From a virus (lineage: Duplodnaviria; Heunggongvirae; Uroviricota; Caudoviricetes), in the IMG/VR virus record IMGVR_UViG_3300028886_000053: a stretch of 64,000 nt of DNA; one strand, given 5' to 3'. Numbering within the stretch: position 1 is the first letter of the stretch; every line of letters starts with the position of its first letter. This document shows, piece after piece, positions 42,513 through 54,428 of this stretch. Below the pieces are notes generated by a model. The model did not search any database, was not told the DNA's origin, and saw only the letters and a program-made list of their open reading frames with translations. The position numbers and the translations under genes are program-made.

Positions 42513-45500
42513 TCATTTCTTTTTTACATAGGAAGAATAAACATAGCCATACTTCCCATTATATTTTATTAAATACCAATCTCTATCTTGGTAACATACG
42601 CCTATTTCTGTGCCTTTACGAAGAGGACTGAAACTACAAGTTTTTGCGGAAGTCATAGGCTGAATTCTAACATTTAATGTTCCACCATTTGTATTAACAA
42701 TTCCTGTCCATTTAACTGTATGAATATCATCAATTACAGGGTCAGGATTAGATACTTCACTTATTTTAGTTTTACCAATATATTGCTTCTGAACATATCC
42801 AAACTTACCATCGTACTTAATAAGATACCAATCACCTTGCTCGTAAGATACACCTACTTCAGTACCTTGTTTTAAACCACTAAAAGAACATTCTTTGGCT
42901 TTTTCATTAGGTTGGAGTCTAACAGCAAGTTTAACATTATTACCAATATTAACATAACCTTTCCATTTAACACTATGCATATCATCAGCAACAACAACTT
43001 TATTTGTATCAGATGTGATAGCAGTAGAAGAGTAAGCTGGACGACAGAATTTTGTGCCAGGTAATTTAGAATTATAATATGTTTTCTGACATACTCCACC
43101 ACCATTATCTACAATAGAAGATGCTCCACTTGTATTACCTTCGATTGTGGTGAATTTATCACCATCAACAGCAATAACAAAACCTGTATGAGCAAATGTT
43201 TTATTTTTATAGAAAATTACAATATCGCCGACTTGAGGATCGGCATATTTTGTAAATAAACTACCAAGAGTAGGACAATAAACATATGGATAATGTTTAA
43301 GTAACTATTTAGCTCTTTCCATACCTAATGCTTTAGTAATACACCATGTAACAAAACCTGCACACCAAGGCTGAGCTTGATAATTCTTACCACACCAACT
43401 ATTAATATCTCTCCAATATTTAGTGTAATTATTTGAACCAGCGTTACCTGTTTTACTATCTAAATCGGCATTAGATTTTTTCTATAAATAACCTAATTCT
43501 GCTTTAGCAATTTCAAGAACTTTTTCCCATTCTGACTTTTCAATAGGTTTAGATTCTTCTTTTTTCTCAGGCTATTTTATATTTATAGCATCCATATTAA
43601 ATTGTTTTATAAGGCGACTTAAATCAACGCGGCCGTTGATACCATCTACAGAACCATCTGAAGTATATTGCCATAATACTTGGTTACCAGAATATTTATT
43701 TTGAGATACTCCATATTCTGCAACCCAGGTATTGTATTCTGCGGGCGCCGCTATTTTAGACATATCTAAGTTATTATACAGCCAAGATCTAGATGCATAT
43801 ACCCCGCATGGGACGCCCGCCGCAAGAAGTTTATCACAGAGTATACCTAACATCTCTGTTCTCTTTTCTTTTGATAATTTATCTGAACGTCCACTTTTAT
43901 CTCTTTGAACAACTTCACTATCGAAATAAACTGGCATACAAATATTGGCATTTTTTACTTCATTTATAACAAACTGACCCTCTTCCTAAGCTTCTGTTTT
44001 TGTTATAGAACAAGGGAAGAAATAGAAAGAATGTGGAATACTATAATTTTCACAAGCTGTTCTATATTCTTTATATTTTGGATCATAAGTAATAAGTCCA
44101 GTCTTACTTCCTCTATAACCAATTCTAATAATAACAGGATAACCAGTAGCTTTTACTTTAGTCCAGTTTGTAACAGTATTAAATTGTGAAATATCAATTA
44201 CTATTTGACCTGTTGTAAATTTAATTGTAGGAATTGAATTAGATTTTTTTGTTGCATGGCATCCATTATCAAATACCCAAACTTCATCATCTATAACAGC
44301 AGTCATATTTCTATACGCATGACCTAAATTATTATTTGCATTTGGTTCAAGATAATACATTCTGCCATTTTCTTCTAACCAACCTGTTGCTAATTCTCCA
44401 GATGTTCTATTGAACCAATACCAATTATTATTATCAAGAACCCATCCTTTTTTCATAGCTCCAGTTGATTTGTCAAAGAAGAACCAGGCATCTCTATTTC
44501 CAAATCTATCTGTAATTTTTGCCCAACCAGTCATCATATTTCCGTAGATAGGATCAAGATAAAACCAATCTGTTCCTTGACTCCATTGTAGCTCTTGCCA
44601 ACCCGTTAACATAACTCCAGTTGTTCTATCAAAGTAAAACCAATCTTTGCCTTTACTCCATTGTAAATATTGCCAACCTGTAACCATATATCCATGTTCA
44701 TTAAAGTAGAACCAATGCTCACCTTTAGACCATTTAAGTTTTTTCCAACCAACAGCCCATGTACCATCTTTATATCTATACCACCAACCAGTAGAGTCTT
44801 TTACCCATTCTTCTTGATATTCACCACCATAAGGAATATCATATGACCATACAGAAGAACCTTTTGTTACAATGGCTTTTTTATTAGCAAAAGACATTTC
44901 AATATCAGAACCAATACAATTTAAAACCATTGTTCCTGCTTCTTTACATCTTCTAGCCCCATACATAGTAAATTCATTAGTACCAATTCCTTTTGGTTCT
45001 AAATCATTGTACCAACATAAATTAGCGCCTTGTGCTTTTAAGCCGTTTGCTTGTGATTGAGGACAGTTATTTCCGTGATGAGGTATTTTAAAGAATTTTA
45101 CTTTTATTCCTAGTTTTTTGATTAAATCATAAATACGGTCTGGACCATCTCCGCTAGTCCAATAAAGCAATTCATAAAAATAAAAACATAAACTACCATC
45201 ATTCATATACGCCCAACCTTCTGTATCATTATTCTCTACTACTGAAGGCTGTTCTCTATAAACCTTAAATTTAATATCCCCTACCTAAACTTTATCTCCA
45301 TGTTTTAAAAAAGTAACAGGAACTTTTTTATTTCTAGCTTTAGAAATAATATCATTTAAAGAAGCTATATCACTACGTACTTCTTTACTACCTGCATTAT
45401 TTCTAAGTCCGCTTTTTAAAGTTTCTGGGTCATAACAATAAAGACCTACAACAGTAAAATAACTATCTTCTAAGATTCGTTTTATACCATAAGTATGGTC

Positions 45501-45701
45501 ATAATGTGCATGACTGATTACTAGATAAACTTTTTTAATTCCTTTATTTTTTAAATAAGAAATAAGTCTATCAGTAGCTTTTTCACAACCTCCATCAATG
45601 ATAAAACAGATATTATTTTTTGTATCTATAAAGACCTGTGTATCACCATATCTGGTTTCTTTACTAGGTATACCAAAACTAGGTATCCAACTTTTTATCA
45701 T
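42513..45701 (-). CDS. Multidomain endolysin (1062 aa, 5 TAG): MBL-fold hydrolase + cell-wall-binding repeats + GH25 + CHAP + 2 SH3b
   Basis: SHAHYDH and KIPHHG (MBL); WYYRY/WFYF repeats; IDISQFN...IIRIGYRG...YFDSE (GH25); QPWCAGFV...HTGFV...TIEGNT (CHAP); two SH3b-like repeats. All are in one frame across TAG 45285, 43986, 43572, 43482 and 43305. Confidence 0.85.
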
Positions 45702-45720
45702 ATTTTCACCTCCCTAAATA

Positions 45721-45766
45721 AAAAATCACTATTAGTAGTTTTTAGGTTCTACTAATAGTGATTTTT
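45721..45766 (-). terminator. 18-bp hairpin directly upstream of the lysin RBS
   Basis: AAAAATCACTATTAGTAG / CTACTAATAGTGATTTTT with a 10-nt loop. Confidence 0.65.
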
Positions 45767-45778
45767 ATTAAGAAGTTT

Positions 45779-46210
45779 TTATGAATTTTTGACCTTGTTA
45801 AAAAGTTGTTCTCGAATTTTTAAACTTTCTTTAATTTCCTTTTTTATAGCATCATATTTTTCCCAACAAATTCGTTTTTCTTTCCAATAATATGTAGTAT
45901 GTTGCTGTATTTTCTTTAAAATTAATTGTGTGCCTTCCTGCTCTCGCAATTCTTCAGGGATAGTATTAATTAAATCTTTCTGGAGGCTTTGTAATGCTTC
46001 TTGTTTAATTCTATTTATATTTTTCTTTTCTTTCCAATATTTTATCATAGCCCTTTTTTCAGCCAAACGTTGACCAAAAAAAGAATTAGGAGGATTTTTT
46101 TCCTCCTCTTCATTATAAAAAGCATTACCTATATAGGTTTTTCCATTATGTTTTAAAATCACAGTAGAAAATCCACTATTCGGGTAATATTTTGATTCTA
46201 AAAGTTTCAT
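45779..46210 (-). CDS. Hypothetical protein
   Basis: 143-aa basic ORF ending in TAA, no TAG. Confidence 0.65.
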   Translation of the reverse strand: MKLLESKYYPNSGFSTVILKHNGKTYIGNAFYNEEEEKNPPNSFFGQRLAEKRAMIKYWKEKKNINRIKQEALQSLQKDLINTIPEELREQEGTQLILKKIQQHTTYYWKEKRICWEKYDAIKKEIKESLKIREQLFNKVKNS

Positions 46211-46515
46211 GTTTCATTTTCCTTCTTCTTATAGTTTGCAACAAAAATTTTCCAAGGCTCGATGCGGTCGCCGCCTGGTGTAAAGTTACCTTCCTGGTAT
46301 TCAATCCAGAAATCATCCAGAGTATATTTCCCCCTTGGACGGACTTCCGCCATATTAGTTTCTTCTTGGCAATGTAAACAAAAAAGTTTCTTTAAATGAC
46401 CAGGTTCTCTTTCTTGACCTATTGTTCTAAATACAGGGATACCTTTCATTCCACATTTAGTACAATAAAAGTCACTCAAGGTGATATTTCTGACATCTTT
46501 TGTTTTTCTTGCCAT
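46207..46515 (-). CDS. Zn-binding hypothetical protein
   Basis: FYCTKCG...LFCLHC. Confidence 0.65.
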   Translation of the reverse strand: MARKTKDVRNITLSDFYCTKCGMKGIPVFRTIGQEREPGHLKKLFCLHCQEETNMAEVRPRGKYTLDDFWIEYQEGNFTPGGDRIEPWKIFVANYKKKENET

Positions 46516-46516
46516 A

Positions 46517-46747
46517 TTATATCACCTCTTCCTTAATATTAAAGTATTCTGACCAAGAACCTACATCAATCCAAATTCCATTTTCATCTTCCCACATTCT
46601 TTGGTATGGAGACTTATAATTATGATTATCTAAAAATCGGGAAATAATTTTACGAGCTTGATTTAAAGTTCTTCCCTTTCCAATCTCTCTTGAAGTTTGT
46701 CTTGAAGGATTAGTAAAGTAAATTTTGTAAATATTCATTTTTATCAC
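46517..46747 (-). CDS. Hypothetical protein
   Basis: 76-aa ORF with overlapping start/stop junctions. Confidence 0.6.
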   Translation of the reverse strand: MIKMNIYKIYFTNPSRQTSREIGKGRTLNQARKIISRFLDNHNYKSPYQRMWEDENGIWIDVGSWSEYFNIKEEVI

Positions 46748-46878
46748 CTGCTCTCTTTTTTAATTTCAATTTGAATCTTTTGTATAATTTCAGCAATCCA
46801 CCTTTTTTGAATCATTCCCATTTCTACAGGATATTTTTTTAATTCTTTGTAAAAGTCTTCAACTTTTACTACTTTCAT
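46744..46878 (-). CDS. Small hypothetical protein (44 aa)
   Basis: MKVVKVEDFYKELKKYP...; ATGA overlaps at both ends. Confidence 0.5.
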   Translation of the reverse strand: MKVVKVEDFYKELKKYPVEMGMIQKRWIAEIIQKIQIEIKKESR

Positions 46879-47084
46879 TTTAAATCATCTTCCATTTTTT
46901 CTTCTATATCTTCATATTCTGCTAACCTATTAACAATTTCCATAAATGGACAATTATCACACGCTTCTCCTTCCCAAATTACATAAGATACTCCTGTAAC
47001 GTCCATCATCCATTCTTCTGCTGAACAGTGACCTTTAAAACGACAAGGAAATTCATCTTTATGTCTTGTTAATCTTTCTTTCAT
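46875..47084 (-). CDS. Cys-containing hypothetical protein
   Basis: KERLT...CRFKGHC...CDNC...RLAEYED; first gene after the promoter. Confidence 0.6.
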   Translation of the reverse strand: MKERLTRHKDEFPCRFKGHCSAEEWMMDVTGVSYVIWEGEACDNCPFMEIVNRLAEYEDIEEKMEDDLK

Positions 47085-47117
47085 TTTTTTTATTCCTTTC
47101 TTTTTTTATATATTATT

Positions 47118-47146
47118 ATTATATAAAAAATTATTAAAAAAATCAA
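47118..47146 (-). promoter_or_regulatory. Sigma70-like promoter driving the leftward block
   Basis: TTGATT-17 nt-TATAAT. Confidence 0.65.
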
Positions 47147-47212
47147 TTAATGCGGGAGCTTGGTTAACCTGAGGTAGATCTGGAGTAATGTTGCATATAG
47201 CGGCTGCCGCAA

Positions 47213-47228
47213 GGTCAATTAAAATTAA
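47213..47228 (+). promoter_or_regulatory. Candidate late-promoter motif
   Basis: GGTCAATTAAAATTAA upstream of the structural operon. Confidence 0.35.
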
Positions 47229-47290
47229 TAAAAAAAACAAGATTTTTATTTTATTTATGAAATAATATAAAAAGAAAGGGGAGATTTTTA

Positions 47291-48028
47291 ATGAGTGTAA
47301 ATAAACTTGAAAGATTAAAATATCTTCGTATTTTATAGGAAGATGGCTCATATTATGGTGACATACCCCTTGCTATTGATGCACATAATGTTTCTATGTA
47401 GAATGGATTTGATCTTCAATCAACGGTTGGTGATATAAATTATGTAGAGGAATAGGATATTACAACCAATTTAAGAAAAATAAAAGATAAGATTGAAGGT
47501 ATAGATGAAAATTTACTTTCGATTGAAGAAACTAAGGCGGATTCCGCCCAAATTAATAGTAAGGTGGATAATCTTACTACTTTTGTATAGAGTTTAGATT
47601 TAGATATAAATAATTTAGGTTTATATCAAGATTATGAAACAGGTTATGTTTATTTAACATATAAAGGACAAAGAGGTACTCAAGGTATTCCTCTTGCTAT
47701 TTTAAAAGGTTAGATTAATCAAAATGTAGATGAATATGTAGATAAACAAATTGATAAAATTGATAAAGAATTACCTATTTCTGTTTATATAGATTCAAGT
47801 GCAGGTAATATTTTTACTGATCCTAATATAAACACAACTTTAACGGCAACTGTTTATAAAGGAGGTACAGATATTACAGATCAAGTAAAAACTTTTAAAT
47901 GGTCTAAAAGAGATAAGAATGGTTTTTTAGATGAAAACTGGGGAAGATTAATTTAGGGAAGAACAATAATAATTTCTCCCGCAGATGTTATTCAAAAGGC
48001 GGTTTTTACTTGTTAGGTAGAAATTTAA
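47291..48028 (+). CDS. Minor tail protein (245 aa, 7 TAG)
   Basis: One frame to TAA 48026-48028; C-terminal Ig-like segment (TTLTATVYKGGTDITD...FKW...AVFTC*V); absent from ORF track. Confidence 0.7.
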
Positions 48029-48044
48029 AAAGGAGGAATGAAGA

Positions 48045-50711
48045 ATGGCACAAATAAGCTATGGTTCAATAACTATTGTTGATGTAACTGATATTGGGTA
48101 GTTTAGTGTATATCCAAGAGCAAATTCATCAAAAACACAAATATATAACCCAGATGCTGATTCTTATATACCAGACTGGGAAACGAGCAATGTTGTTATT
48201 TCTCCTGTTACTTATTATGCAGGTAGAAACATTACTGCTTTAGCTACTTATACATGGCAAAGAAGAAATGGAGGAGGAACAGCTTCTGCACTAATAACAG
48301 GAGAAACCGTTGTAGGAAATACTTTAGAAATCTCTGAAAATGTTTTAGCAGCTGCAACAGGTGGATTAATTACATATGTTTGTACTGCTCATTATACAGT
48401 AGATGGAATAACCTTATAGGCAATAGGTTAGATTGATTTTTCTTTGGTTAGACAAGGAAGTGCGGCTAAAGTTGCAAAAATAACTGGAGATAACATTTTT
48501 AAAATTAATTCAAACGGAAATTATCTTAATACTTCTATCACACTAAATGCAACTATTAATAATACAAGTATTTCGGCTTGGAAATATTATAAGCCAAGTG
48601 ATAGTAATGCAGATGCTTATGGATATGTAACTTATCCTGGTAGCGGAACTGCAACAACTTTAACAATTAATAATACTGATGCTCCTATAGTGGCGGCCGC
48701 AGGAGAAAATGGAAATAGTATGGTAAAAATGAAATTAGTAACAACTGATACTAATACTTTTGATATTTTTACTATTACAATTTTAAGAGATGGTGCTGAT
48801 GCACAAAGTTCTATTTCAGCAGTTTTATCTAATGATAATCAAATGATTCCAGCAGATAAAAATGGAACTCCTGTAATTGGGGCTTTTGCAGATGCAAAAA
48901 CAACATTAACAATTTATGAAGGTGGTCAAGATAGAACTTCTACTTGGACAGTTGTAAAAGTTTCTACTGGAGTAACAGATAGTGCTCCTTAGAATAATAA
49001 AGCTAATATCACAGCAATGTCAGGAGCTACAGGAAATGTTACATTTACTTGTACCAAAGCAGGAAAAATGCCTAATTTAGATGGTACTTTATCAGATCAA
49101 GATTATCCTACTTTTACTAAAGTATTTTCTTTATTAAAAGTTAAAGCAGGAGCAGATGGTATAAATCCAACTATTTATTCATTAGAAGCTAGCTCTGTTG
49201 TAGTAAATGAAACTTATACTTACACAGGAGATACAAATATAGTAGCAACTACTACTAGAACCCCTGGAACAGTAACATTTAAAGCATATCAATGGAATGG
49301 AACTACAAAATCAGATTATGATGGTAGAATCCAATTTTATATAAATGGAAGTAATGCTTTTTCAAATGAAATGATCACTGATGATAATGAACGTAGTTAT
49401 GATTTTTCAGCTAATACTAGTACAACTAGATTAAGAGCAGTTTTATATGCAGCCGGTTCTAATAGTACTGAGCTAGATAGTCAAACAGTTATTGTAGTTA
49501 GTGATGGTTCAAAAGGAGCACAAGGTATACAAGGTGTACAAGGAATAAATGCAGTTAGTTTGGTTACACAGAATGAAGCTGATGTAATTCCTTGTGATAC
49601 TAATGGTCATCCTTTTCAAAATTTTCTAATTGATATTCCTTTTGAAGGCTATCAAGGTACTTCTAAAAAGGCAACATCTGTTTCAGCCCCTGCTTTAAGC
49701 AAAGATGTATGGGGAACAGCAGCAAATATTACAGCTTCTACTAAAAATGCAACAGCCTCTGAAACTGGATATGTAAGATATACTATTCCAACTACTGCAA
49801 CAGTTCCAGAAAATGGTAAAATAACTTTAGATTTTTCTGTTACAACAGATAATAATGAAACAGTTTCTATTTCAAAAATATATACTTGGACAAGAAGTAA
49901 AGCGGCTAATGATGGAGCAAATGCAGTGATTTTAACAGCTACTACTCCTGATGGAACTGTTTTTGAAAATGGAGAAGGTATTTTAACAATTAAAGGTACT
50001 TTGTATGATGGACCTGCTGAAGCTACTGGTGTCACTTATAAATATTATAATTATTCTACAACAGCTTCTCCAGCCAGATATGTAGAAATTACAACAGTTT
50101 ATGATTCAAAAAATCCAGCTCCTTTATCAATAGCAACTTAGAATGGTAAAAAAGTGTTAAAGGTTAAAGGAACAGCAGTAAATGGATATGCTTCTTTTAA
50201 AATAGATGTAACTTATAAGGGACATACTTATGAATAGTATGTATCTTTAATTGATAAAACAGATCCTTTACAAGTTAGCGTTCATTCAACAATAGGAACA
50301 CAAATTAAAAATGCTCAAGGGGTAGGTTGTTTATATGTTAGAGTAACAAGAGATGGCACTGAAATTGACCCTGTCCCTGATAATATTACGGCAGGAATAG
50401 ATTTCCCTTAGAGTCCTAATAACGGAGATTATTTTATTAAATTAACAAGACCTACTGGGACAGGAACCTTTCAAAATAATGCTAGTTATACAGGTACTGC
50501 CCAATTAGCAAAATATGATGGTTCAAGTTGGGTTTCTCAAACTTCTAAATGTAATTATGAATGGACATATAGAAATGTTAATAATGTTCCACTTACTACA
50601 AATGATAAAAAGCCTGCAACAAGTGGACAATTTATTTATATAGATGGCAGTTTAATTCAAAATAAAATTACAGCAGATGTAAAAGTAACATTAAATGAAA
50701 ATAATAGTTAA
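48045..50711 (+). CDS. Tail/baseplate protein with Ig-like repeats (888 aa, 7 TAG)
   Basis: AGGAGG RBS; joins track ORFs 48444 and 49017; ends TAA 50709-50711; short collagen-like GAQGIQGVQG segment. Confidence 0.75.
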
Positions 50712-50726
50712 TAGGGGGGTGGCGAA

Positions 50727-53700
50727 ATGGCTCAAATAAGTTATGGTTCAATAACTATTGTTGATACTAATGACATATAGAGATTTTATGTTTAGTATGC
50801 TAAAAGTGATAGTTCTGCGGCCGCCCCTACAACTGGATGGAGCTAGGATAGACCAACTTGGTAGAATGGAACTTATATTTGGCAACGTACAGTTGCTAAA
50901 AGAGAGGGAGTTCCATTAGCAAATTCAGATTATGGCAATCCAGTATGTATCACAGGAGAAAAAGGTGATACTGGTCAACAAGGAAATACTGGTAATGGTA
51001 TTTCTTCAATTATAACAGTATATTGTAATTATGGAAGTGGAACTCCAGCAGAAAGTTATTCTGGTTGGAGTTCTGATGTTCCAGAATATGATAGTGATAA
51101 ACCTAATTATTGGGTAAAAACAACTGTAAACTATACTTTTGGAAGTCCAAGTATAACTATTTATAAAGATTTAGGTATTACAGAAGCAACCGAAAAAGCA
51201 AATTTGGCAGTTGTAACAGCACAAACTGCTAATGCAAATTCTATTGAAGCAATTAATATTGCAGGAAGTAAAAATAAAATATATTATAGTGATGGTTTTC
51301 CTACTAGCGGGACTTATATAAATGGAGATATTTTATTTAAATAGTCTACAACTGGAACTGTAATGTATATTTATGATAATACATATACTGATGCTACTAG
51401 TGGACATTGGAAATTAGAACAGTTTGAAGAAAATGCAATTGCGAATTTAGCAATTACAGATGCTAAAATTGCAAATTTAAGTGGTAATAAAATTGTTGCT
51501 AATACTATTACTGCAACTCAAATTTATTCACATACAATTACTTCTGCTGAATTAGCAACAAATGCAATTCAATCAACTAATTATAGACAAGGAACAGCTC
51601 CTTATTCATTAGAAGGAACTTTTCTCGATTTGTCTAATGGTAATATATATAGTCCAAATTTTGGAATAAATAATACTAATGATAATATTACAGACGGCGC
51701 TTATATAAAAGGTTCTATTTATGCTTATAATGGAACAATAGGTTAGAGTAATACTAACTATTGGTATATAGGTAATTATCGTGGTTACGATCAACAACCT
51801 TCTGCATATATAAAAGGAAATGGAACTGCGACTATCCAATTGGGAAGTAGTAGTACATGGAGATTAAATACAAATAGAATTCATACTGCATGGAATGATG
51901 ATAGTAATTCGGGCAATGCTTATAGATTACATTATCCTGTTTTTGAAGATAAATATTGGGATATGGGAGTTCATGTCCCAACTAGTAAAATAGATAAGTT
52001 TTTATATATTAGATCTTCTGACCCAAATAATGCTGCTATTTCAAATTCAAATACTTTAGAAAATCTTTCTAATGATATTAATGATGCGATTGGAGATTAT
52101 TGGAATTATCAATTTTATGTAACCAGTGAAGGTAATTTATATGCTAAAAATATTTATATATTAGACTAGTATAATAACCCTATTCAAATTGGAGGCTCTG
52201 GCGGAATAGCTGGAGTTTTACCAATTTATAGCGGAGGCACGGGAAGTATTAGTTTTACATCAAAAGGAATTGTATATGCTAGTGATACAAATCCTCAAAC
52301 CTTACTTTCAACTGCGGCCGGTACGTCTGGACAACTTCTAAGTTCAGGAGGGAGTGATGGTACACCTTCTTGGATAAATGCATCTAGTTTAAGCGTGAGT
52401 CATGCAACGACCGCAACTCAAGATGGAAGTGGTAATGTAATTACTTTAACTTATATGCCTTTAAGCGGAGGTACTTTCACTGGTTAGGTTACTATTGAAG
52501 ATTCATTAACAGTTTAGGATGGAATTACAGGAGATTTAACAGGTAAAGTAAATGGTTTTACATTAGAAATGAATGTTCCTAGTGGGTCAAAATTAACTGA
52601 TACAGTGACAACAGTTACAACAACAGGAAATGGAAATGCTATTACTTCTATTTCTGCGACTAATGGTGCTATTACTGCTACTAAAGGAAGTACTTTTTTA
52701 ACTTCATATACTTAGACAGACCCTATTTTTTCAGCAAGTGCAGCAGCAAATATTCAACAAACTGACATAAGTAATTGGAATAGTAAAACAGATAATATAG
52801 GTACTGTAACAAGCGTAAAGGTTCAAGCTTCAACTCCATTACAATCTAGTGTAAATACTGCTCAATCTGGAACTTTAGATACTACAATATCTTTTATTAA
52901 TCAGAATGTAAATACAGTATTAGCTGGACCAAGTAGTGGAACAGCGGCTGCCGCTCCAACTTTTAGAAGTTTAGTGGCTGCGGATATACCAAATTTAGCT
53001 TGGAGTAAAATTACAAGTGGAAACGATGACTTGAAAGCAATTGAAGCTTTAACTGGTACGACAGGATTATTAAAGAAAACTGCTGCTAATAAATGGGCAT
53101 TAGATACTACTTCTTATGTTCCAAGTTCTCGAACTATAAACGGGCATGTTTTAAGTGATAATATTAGTATAACAAAAGCAGATGTAGGTTTAGGAAATGT
53201 TGAAAATGCTTTACAAATTATAGATATTGGTTCTAATGATGCTGGTCAATTAGTTTTAACTTTTGGAGATAATTCAACTGATACTAGAACAGTTTCAATT
53301 ACAGCAACAACATCTTCATCTGTTGCACAAGCTGAAGCTCTTAATACAAATGGTGCGAAAATAGGTGATTCTAATCAACCTGTTTATTTTGGAACAGATG
53401 GGAAACCTGTTGCCATTTCTTATACTATTGAAAAATCTGTTCCGGCAGATGCAATTTTTTCTTATACTTTTGATGGTACATACAATGCTTCTACAAATAA
53501 AGCTGCTACTGTATCCACAGTGACAAATGCTATTAATGCACTTGATGGAGGTACAATTGGCACAGGAGGGACTGGAAAAACAATTACTTCTCTTTCTCAG
53601 ACTAATGGTCAAGTAAGTGCTACATTTAGTAATATTAGTATTACTAAATCTCAAGTTAGTGATTTTTCTCATTCACATGGTAATATTTTAAATGGAGGAA

Positions 53701-54362
53701 CTATTACTTCTACAGCAATAGCTTTAGGAAATGGGGATAGTTTATTATTTTCTGATTCTTCTAATAATGGAAAAATTGAAAAAAGTTCTATTACAATAGG
53801 AACAGGAACTACTAAATATTTAAGATAGGATGGTACATGGGGGACTCCTGAAGGAACTTATTCTTTACCTCTTGCTGCAAATGGAACTAGAGGTGGAGTA
53901 CAAATAGGTTATTCTAGTTCTGGTAAAAATTATGCAGTTCAATTAAGTAATGAAAAAATGTTTGTAAATGTACCTTGGATTGATACTACTTATGAGGCAG
54001 CTACAACTAATCCTTTAATGGATGGTACTGCGGCGGTGGGTACTTCCGAGAAATATGCTAGATAGGATCATAAACATCCTAGTGACACTTCTAGAGTACC
54101 TACAACTAGGACCGTAAATGGACATGCTTTAAGTGCAGATATTACTATTAGTAAATCAGATATTGGGTTAGGTAATGTTGAAAATACTGCACTATCAACT
54201 GCCTTATAGGATTATGTAACATTAGCTACTACACAAACTATTTCTGGAAGAAAAACTTTTAATGATTTAGCTTCAACTGTTTTTAAAGGTAGTACAGGAA
54301 GCAAATATTGTAATATAAATTATGATTAGACGCTAAGTGCTTTAGTATTTAGCTTTGGATAA
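50727..54362 (+). CDS. Tail fibre protein (1211 aa, 14 TAG)
   Basis: Joins track ORFs 51363, 51840 and 52974. Contains a GEKGDTGQQG collagen-like piece, *TDP, AR*DH.HP, and two RT(I/V)NGH.LS...GLGNVEN repeats; ends TAA 54360-54362. Confidence 0.8.
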
Positions 54363-54367
54363 AATTA

Positions 54368-54406
54368 GCGGACGTTGGTTTATGTCAGGATTTGACCAAC
54401 GTCCGC
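54368..54406. other. GC-rich intergenic hairpin without U-tract
   Basis: GCGGACGTTGGT / ACCAACGTCCGC 12-bp stem. Confidence 0.7.
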
Positions 54407-54428
54407 ATATGTTAGGAGGGATGAAGAT

